Positions 58,065 to 64,000 of a stretch of 64,000 bases of DNA are shown piece by piece. The notes under the pieces were generated by a model that worked only from the letters and a program-made list of their open reading frames with translations, was not told the origin of the DNA and ran no database searches. Made by a program: the position numbers and the translations under genes. Source of the DNA: a virus (Duplodnaviria; Caudoviricetes); IMG/VR virus record IMGVR_UViG_3300020465_001196; one strand, written 5' to 3'. Each line of letters opens with the position of its first letter. The first letter of the stretch is position 1.

Positions 58065-58841
58065 ATGGGTATTTTAAATGATAAATCAATAGCATCTTTA
58101 AAAAACATTACTGATGCTGTTAATGACAGAGGAAATTATAAATGGTATGATTTGGATCGCGATCTTTCTAATGAACAAACTGATTGTATTTTAAATAGTA
58201 TTCAAAAAGCCCCATTTAAAGCATATCCTTTTTATGATCAAACAGATTTATTACAATTCCCACATTCAGTTAGTCATAGTGATTATTTAAAAATAGCACT
58301 AACTAATTCTGAACAAGGACAACTAATTAAACAATACATTTGGGCAAATATATCCATAACTGAAGACAATGATACATGGGTTTGGAGTAAAGAAGATCTT
58401 GAAATATATAAAAATTTTGTTAGTGAACAATATAAAGCAATATTTGATAATCCTACAGAACTTATAAAAAGAAATAATACGCAATTATTTGCTCCACTTG
58501 TTATACTATACTTTCAAAAAGAGTGTAATTCATATGACGATGGTCCTAGCTGTAGCAAAGGAGTTAATCTTGGTGTAATGGCTACGTCTGCATTATGGTG
58601 CGGTATGTCAATGGGATTACACAATACTTTTTGTGGATGTATAAATTATGCACAAGTTGATACAAAGATGTTTGATGAATTAAATCGATTATTAGGTATA
58701 TCTAATAACTTTAAACTTTCATTAATGTCATGCCATGGATACTCATATATTAAAAATAAAGTAAAGGCCAGTGCAACAATTAAAGAAAAAAGAGAACGAA
58801 GTCTTGGTCCAAGCATTCACACAAAAATTAAAAAATATTAA
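58065..58841 (+). CDS. Nitroreductase-like flavoprotein
   Basis: 258-aa plus-strand ORF with AP..., and G+.MGL...FCGC patterns reminiscent of the nitroreductase fold; weak assignment. Confidence 0.5.
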   Translation: MGILNDKSIASLKNITDAVNDRGNYKWYDLDRDLSNEQTDCILNSIQKAPFKAYPFYDQTDLLQFPHSVSHSDYLKIALTNSEQGQLIKQYIWANISITEDNDTWVWSKEDLEIYKNFVSEQYKAIFDNPTELIKRNNTQLFAPLVILYFQKECNSYDDGPSCSKGVNLGVMATSALWCGMSMGLHNTFCGCINYAQVDTKMFDELNRLLGISNNFKLSLMSCHGYSYIKNKVKASATIKEKRERSLGPSIHTKIKKY

Positions 58842-58851
58842 TTAATAATTA

Positions 58852-58941
58852 TGGCGGAGAGGGTGAGATTCGAACTCACGAAAGAGTTGCCCCTTTGCCG
58901 GTTTTCAAGACCGGTGCTTTCAACCGCTCAGCCACCTCTCC
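58852..58941 (-). tRNA. tRNA-Ser(TGA)
   Basis: GGAGAGG/CCTCTCC stem, anticodon arm CCGGT-CTTGAAA-ACCGG, long variable arm and encoded CCA; 90 nt. Confidence 0.97.
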
Positions 58942-58954
58942 GTGTATTAGATTA

Positions 58955-59845
58955 CTACGTAAATTTCTTTATTGTTTGTAATAATCCAAAGCCTGCTATG
59001 CCGGCTGTAATTAAATGTTTTAAACAAGGATCACTCATTAATCCATCTAACAAGCCCGCGATTGCGGCATTAGTAATTCTTAGTACTGCACCTGCTAAAT
59101 TTTTTAAATCTTGTAAAATCATATTTGCTAACTGTGTGATAAAACCAATTATCCCAGATATTAAATTTAACAAACCAAGTGCTTGGCTAATAAATCCTAA
59201 AACTTTAGAAAGTATAGCACCACCTCTTGATATTGCACCAAACAAATCGTCAATAAATTTACAAGGTCCTGTGCCTACTTGAGCCGCGGCGCCTAGTGAT
59301 GTATTAAGTGCATTTAATCCTTGACCTATTGACAACATTTGTCCAACTGGTTTTGGCAATTGTCCACTTGGTAAATGAAATGATTTGTGCTTACCAATCA
59401 TACTGAATAAATTATTTTGTCCCCAATCGTTTTGTTCAACACCACTTTGTATATTTCCATGTCTATGGAAATCATTTAATATACCATTTACTTGTTGTAA
59501 TTGATCTACTTCGGCATCATTCATTGGTCGACCAAGTTCAGTAACAGTAGCTCTATTTGATGCATTTGGATTATCCCAACCATGTGGCATAGCATTCATA
59601 CCAACCCAACCAGTACCGTTACCATTATACAATTTATCTTTTATTGCCGCTTCAGTATCGTAGTTTGGATTTTTCCATGCTGTTTGTGTTTGTATTGAAT
59701 TGCCATATAAGTCTGTTGTATCTTTTAAATCAAAATATCCATTTTTTAAACTTTCTTTTGCAATTGATCCTAGACTTTGTGATACTGCTGTACCATCAAA
59801 ATTTGAAAATATACTCGACCCATCACCTGGTAAAATTGTTGACAT
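58955..59845 (-). CDS. Hypothetical protein, probably virion/baseplate-associated
   Basis: Directly downstream of the PAAR gene; Gly-rich amphipathic C-terminus. Confidence 0.6.
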   Translation of the reverse strand: MSTILPGDGSSIFSNFDGTAVSQSLGSIAKESLKNGYFDLKDTTDLYGNSIQTQTAWKNPNYDTEAAIKDKLYNGNGTGWVGMNAMPHGWDNPNASNRATVTELGRPMNDAEVDQLQQVNGILNDFHRHGNIQSGVEQNDWGQNNLFSMIGKHKSFHLPSGQLPKPVGQMLSIGQGLNALNTSLGAAAQVGTGPCKFIDDLFGAISRGGAILSKVLGFISQALGLLNLISGIIGFITQLANMILQDLKNLAGAVLRITNAAIAGLLDGLMSDPCLKHLITAGIAGFGLLQTIKKFT

Positions 59846-59854
59846 AATTATTCC

Positions 59855-60145
59855 TTATCCATTTGCTATCACGTTTAATGACCCTGCATTTACTTTTATA
59901 CCACAACTGTATGAGTCACCAATTCTACCAACTTGTATATTGTTAGCAAACACATTTGGTGATCCTGTTGATAATTGAGTAACGTGTGGAACACACAGAA
60001 TATAACCATGAGGTGTGTTTGTATCACCTACTCTATGTACAGGTATATTATTTGCAAATACATTTGGTGATCCTGTCGCACATTGCCCTGCCGCACATGG
60101 CGGATGGTTTGTATCTGCATCACCTATTCTTGCTACTTGTGGCAT
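59855..60145 (-). CDS. PAAR-repeat spike tip protein (T4 gp5.4-like)
   Basis: VARIGD..H, GSPNVFANNIPVHRVGD..H and GRIGD...CG....GS.NV repeats. Confidence 0.92.
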   Translation of the reverse strand: MPQVARIGDADTNHPPCAAGQCATGSPNVFANNIPVHRVGDTNTPHGYILCVPHVTQLSTGSPNVFANNIQVGRIGDSYSCGIKVNAGSLNVIANG

Positions 60146-60182
60146 ATCAATTATCCTTTATAGTAGTATTTATTTCTACAAA

Positions 60183-60539
60183 TTAAGTAATGATTGATTC
60201 TTTTGGTGGTTGTACTATATTAGATATACTTTGTGCGTATGCATCTTTAGCCTGCGAATTTGCTTTTCCTACAGTAATTATTGTATTTTTTTGGAATTCA
60301 AACTCACTTTCTTTATCAGCCATAATCATAAATTGTGTCATACCAACACCTTTTGCTGTCATTGCCAATGCTAAAGGTTTCTTTACACGATAAGAAGTAT
60401 CAGATTCATCAACAAATGTAGCGATAACTTCATCACTGCCTACTGTTCTAAATACTACAACATCATCTTTGTTTAGTTTTTGTTTTAACATTTTTTCTTT
60501 CTTATTATAGTTTAAAGTCTTCAAAAGTTTTATCATCAA
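60183..60539 (-). CDS. Conserved small phage protein (beta-rich)
   Basis: Follows nrdB; likely start at MLKQKL. Confidence 0.6.
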   Translation of the reverse strand: MMIKLLKTLNYNKKEKMLKQKLNKDDVVVFRTVGSDEVIATFVDESDTSYRVKKPLALAMTAKGVGMTQFMIMADKESEFEFQKNTIITVGKANSQAKDAYAQSISNIVQPPKESIIT

Positions 60540-61617
60540 CGTCTTGTTTTAATCCGCCAATAATATAACTTTCAACTTCTGTTTCTTGTGGTGCAACTTG
60601 CATTCCTGCACTTGATAACCAATGTTGCGTCCACGGTAGTGGGTTTTGCGAAGCAGGAATATCATAAATTGGATCAAAACCAATTGCTCTTAATCTTTTG
60701 TTTGCTGTCCATTCTACATAGTCACCTAATAGTTTTGAATTAAGACCAATAATAGATCCATCTTTCATTAAATGACTTGCCCATGCTTTTTCTTCATTGA
60801 CAGCTTCTTTATACATTTTAATTACATCATCTTTTGTTTCTTTAATAATTTTTAGCATTTGAGGATCATCACCTTTTTGCCAAGCCTTAATTACGTGAGT
60901 AGTTAAATTTAAATGTGTTGCTTCATCTCTAGCAATTAATGAAATAATTTTTGCTGAACCTTCCATAAGTTTAAGTTCACCAAATGCAAATGTACAAGCA
61001 AACGAAACGTAGAATCTTAATCCTTCTAATATGTTTACATTTACCATCGCAAGATAAAGTTTTTTCTTAACATCATATAAGTCGCCTTTACCTTTAACAA
61101 AATAATCTTGAGCCGCTTTTCCAAACGAATCATAATTTTTAGTAACTGATACAGCACGTTTTAAAATTTCTTCATCATTAACAATAGTATCAAATACTTC
61201 TGCAGGATCAGAATATACGTTCTTCATAATATGTGTGTATGAACGTGAATGAATTGTTTCAAAGAAATCCCAAGTAACAATGCATCCTTCTAATTCTGGA
61301 TTAGAAACATAAGGTAAAAACATTAAACTTGGTCCTCTACCTTGTACACTATCTAATAATGTTTGATATTTTAAGTTTGCTGTAAAAATATGTTTTTGTT
61401 CAGGCCTAAATGTTTGAAAGTCTGCTCTGTCTTTTTGCAAACTAACTTCTTCAGGTCTCCAAAAATATCCAAGCATTGTTTGATTAAGTTTATCAAATTG
61501 TGGATATTTAAATACATCATATCTTTGGACAGATTGATCTGCTCCAAAAAACATTGGCTCTTTTGTAAAATCTATGTCTTCTCTATTAAATACAGTTTTC
61601 ATAATTCTATTATACAC
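60505..61617 (-). CDS. nrdB: Ribonucleotide reductase class Ia beta subunit
   Basis: FWRPEEV, LLDSVQ, ETIHSRSY (radical Tyr), EGLRF, RDEATH and PQETE. Confidence 0.97.
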   Translation of the reverse strand: MYNRIMKTVFNREDIDFTKEPMFFGADQSVQRYDVFKYPQFDKLNQTMLGYFWRPEEVSLQKDRADFQTFRPEQKHIFTANLKYQTLLDSVQGRGPSLMFLPYVSNPELEGCIVTWDFFETIHSRSYTHIMKNVYSDPAEVFDTIVNDEEILKRAVSVTKNYDSFGKAAQDYFVKGKGDLYDVKKKLYLAMVNVNILEGLRFYVSFACTFAFGELKLMEGSAKIISLIARDEATHLNLTTHVIKAWQKGDDPQMLKIIKETKDDVIKMYKEAVNEEKAWASHLMKDGSIIGLNSKLLGDYVEWTANKRLRAIGFDPIYDIPASQNPLPWTQHWLSSAGMQVAPQETEVESYIIGGLKQDVDDKTFEDFKL

Positions 61618-61636
61618 TCTTTCGTTGCATTGTCAA
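61609..61636 (-). promoter_or_regulatory. Sigma70-like promoter for nrdB
   Basis: TTGACA-N16-TATAAT consensus match. Confidence 0.65.
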
Positions 61637-61644
61637 TACTTATC

Positions 61645-64000
61645 CTAAATTGAACAAGAGTCGCAGTATTCTTCGTATTCTTCATCAGACCCTTGAAACT
61701 CTTTCCTATCCATTGGTTGTTGCTTTAATGCTTCATCAATTGTTAATGCACTTTCATTATCTGTAATGTTTGGCTCTTCGCCTTTAAAATCATATGTGTT
61801 TTGATAATAACTTGTTTTCCAACCCATTTTATAAGTTGTTAAAAAATCTTTTGTTAGTACACTCATTGGTACTTCATTGTTATCAAAATGTGTTGGATTA
61901 TAACTCCAATTACCACTAATTGCTTGATCAAAATACTTCTGCATAACAGAAACTACATTAATATATCCTTCATTACTAGGCATATCCCATAGTAAAGTAT
62001 AATAATCTTTTAATGTTTTATATTGTGGAACAATTTGTTTTAATGGCCCTTTTTTGCTTTTTTTAACTGACAAATAATCTCTTGGTGGTTCAATTCCGTT
62101 AGTAGCATTACCTACTACTGATGAGCTTTCACTTGGCATTTGTGCTGACAATGTTGAGTGTCTCATACCATGCGTAGTTACTTCTTTACGTAATTTTTCC
62201 CAGTTTAATTTTAATTTACTACCAACGATTTCATCTACATCTTTTTTGTAAGTATCAATTGGAAGAATACCTTTTGAATATTTTGTTTTTTTAAAGTAAT
62301 CACAAGCACCTTTTTCTTTTGCAAGTTCAACACTTGCTTGTATTAATGCATACTGAAATGCTTCAGTTAATTCATTTACTACTTTCCAAGCCTGCTTATC
62401 ATTAAATTTAACTTTGTGTTTAGCCAAGTAGTGTGCTAAACCAATATATCCAATACCTAAACTTCTTCTTGCTTTTGTAGAAACTTCTGCGGCTTTAACT
62501 GGATAGCCTTGGTGCTCAATTATTTCATCTAATGCTCTTACTGCCAAGTCACATAAATGAGTTAGTTCTGTTACATCTTTTATTACTCCAACATTAATTG
62601 CTGATAAAATACAAAGTGCAATTTCACCACGACCATCAATGTGTTGTAATGGATCAGTTGGTAACGTAATTTCTTGACATAAATTAGACATATTAACTTT
62701 ATCTATAAATGAACTATGCTCATTTGCGTGATCCATATTCATAATATAGATACGTCCTGTTTCAGCACGTTCTTTTAATACATCACCAATAAGTGTTCTT
62801 GCTTGTATAGTTTTCTTTGGTATTGTTTCATCTTGTTCATATTTTTTATATAATGCATCAAATTTCTTTGTACCAAATGCTTCGTAAAGTCCTGGTACTT
62901 GATGTGGAGAAAATAAAGTAATGTCTCCACCTTTAATAAATCTTTCATAAAATATTTTTGACATTTGTATTGAATAATCAAGTTTACGTACTCTATTATC
63001 TTCTGTACCTTTATTATTTTTAAGTACAAGTATGTCTTCAATTTCTTGATGCCAAATAGGGAAATGCACAGTTGCACTACCTCCACGTACTCCGTTTTGT
63101 GTACAGCATCTTACAGTTGATTCAAACTTTTTAAGAAATGGGACAACTCCTGTGTGTGCTACTTCTCCACCCCTAATACGAGAATTAATTCCTCGTATTC
63201 TACCTGCATTAATACCTATGCCGGCTCGTTGTGCAATGTATCTACCAATTGCCATATCACTAGTAAAGATTGAATTTAAAGTATCATCAACATCAACTAA
63301 CACACAAGAAGCATATTGTCTTAATGGTGTACGTACTCCTGCCATTACTGGCGTAGGAATATTAATTTTAAAAGTAGAAATTGCATCATAATATCTTTTT
63401 ACATATGATAACCTTGTTTCTTTTGGATAGTTACAAAATAATGTTGCCGCAATTAGCATATACATATATTGTGGTGTTTCATATACATTACCTGAACTTC
63501 TATCTTGTACAAGATATTTGTCTGAAACTTGTCTTAAACCTGCGTATGTAAAGTTGTAATCTCTTTCATGTTTAATATATGAATCTAGTCTTTTAAATTC
63601 ATCATCGTTATACCATTTCATAATGTTTGGATCATACAAACCTTTTTCAACATTTCTACCAACTAAAAATTGCAATGGTACTTGATAGTTACCATCGATA
63701 TGTTTTCCAAAAACTTCTTTTCTAATTGTAAACAACAAAAGGCGTGCCGCAACATATTGATAGTTCGGTGCTTCAAGTGTAATTAAATCATTTGCTGATC
63801 TAATTAATATTTCTTGAATTTGTTTTGTTGTCATATTGTCTGAAAATTGTAGACCAGAATTCATTTCAACTAATGATGGTGATACTCCTGTAAGACCATT
63901 ACAAGCGGCTTCTGTCATTTTGTGTACTTTGTTAATGTCCAACGGTTCTTTTTGACCATTGCGTTTTACTATATAGATTTCTTTTTTATTATTTTGTGCG
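61645..64000 (-). CDS. nrdA: Ribonucleotide reductase class Ia alpha subunit (N-terminus off the window)
   Basis: The frame is open to 64000 (IVKRNG ATP-cone). Motifs SCVL, SNLCQEI, MPSESSS and C-terminal CDSC. Confidence 0.97.
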   Translation of the reverse strand, partial: AQNNKKEIYIVKRNGQKEPLDINKVHKMTEAACNGLTGVSPSLVEMNSGLQFSDNMTTKQIQEILIRSANDLITLEAPNYQYVAARLLLFTIRKEVFGKHIDGNYQVPLQFLVGRNVEKGLYDPNIMKWYNDDEFKRLDSYIKHERDYNFTYAGLRQVSDKYLVQDRSSGNVYETPQYMYMLIAATLFCNYPKETRLSYVKRYYDAISTFKINIPTPVMAGVRTPLRQYASCVLVDVDDTLNSIFTSDMAIGRYIAQRAGIGINAGRIRGINSRIRGGEVAHTGVVPFLKKFESTVRCCTQNGVRGGSATVHFPIWHQEIEDILVLKNNKGTEDNRVRKLDYSIQMSKIFYERFIKGGDITLFSPHQVPGLYEAFGTKKFDALYKKYEQDETIPKKTIQARTLIGDVLKERAETGRIYIMNMDHANEHSSFIDKVNMSNLCQEITLPTDPLQHIDGRGEIALCILSAINVGVIKDVTELTHLCDLAVRALDEIIEHQGYPVKAAEVSTKARRSLGIGYIGLAHYLAKHKVKFNDKQAWKVVNELTEAFQYALIQASVELAKEKGACDYFKKTKYSKGILPIDTYKKDVDEIVGSKLKLNWEKLRKEVTTHGMRHSTLSAQMPSESSSVVGNATNGIEPPRDYLSVKKSKKGPLKQIVPQYKTLKDYYTLLWDMPSNEGYINVVSVMQKYFDQAISGNWSYNPTHFDNNEVPMSVLTKDFLTTYKMGWKTSYYQNTYDFKGEEPNITDNESALTIDEALKQQPMDRKEFQGSDEEYEEYCDSCSI

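Noticed and set aside
58851-59282. 143-aa plus-strand ORF MAERVRFELT
   Set aside because: It is the antisense reading of tRNA-Ser and the adjacent gene, a typical tRNA artefact.
1-64000. Stop-codon reassignment, as seen in some large phages
   Set aside because: Known genes are full length under code 11 and end properly at TAA, TAG or TGA; no suppressor tRNA was found.
60505-64000. Introns, inteins or homing endonucleases in nrdA/nrdB (also checked in the ligase and clpP)
   Set aside because: The ORFs are uninterrupted and of normal length.
1-64000. CRISPR array, integrase, transposase or diversity-generating retroelement
   Set aside because: I saw no regularly spaced repeats and no recombinase, transposase or reverse transcriptase motifs.

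Overview
This is a very AT-rich, densely packed, almost entirely minus-strand segment, best read as part of a large T4-like (jumbo/huge) marine phage whose host is probably an alphaproteobacterium. The evidence for a phage is a PAAR protein, a tail-fibre-like protein, a T4-type ATP-dependent DNA ligase, class Ia nrdAB, many small hypothetical genes and T4-like late promoter motifs. Cell-like genes are present but stripped of their operon context. These include translation genes (fusA, rplK, rpsU, infC, a cold-shock protein, an Smr domain protein and six CCA-ending tRNAs), proteostasis genes (clpX, clpP, clpS, dnaK, ibpA) and metabolic genes (prs, guaC, nadE, speD, queD, an ALDH7, fdxA, sufT). 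Membrane genes include an SbmA/BacA transporter and a MotA/ExbB-type motor cassette. The most striking content is a large set of modification enzymes: eight radical SAM genes, 2OG-Fe(II) oxygenases, two sulfotransferase-like paralogues, an amidinotransferase, glycosyltransferases and a methyltransferase. A nine-gene core cluster of these lies at 25.2-33.8 kb. Candidate cis-regulatory RNAs lie upstream of queD (preQ1-I-like) and ibpA (ROSE-like). All assignments come from motif recognition by eye; no database searches were run.
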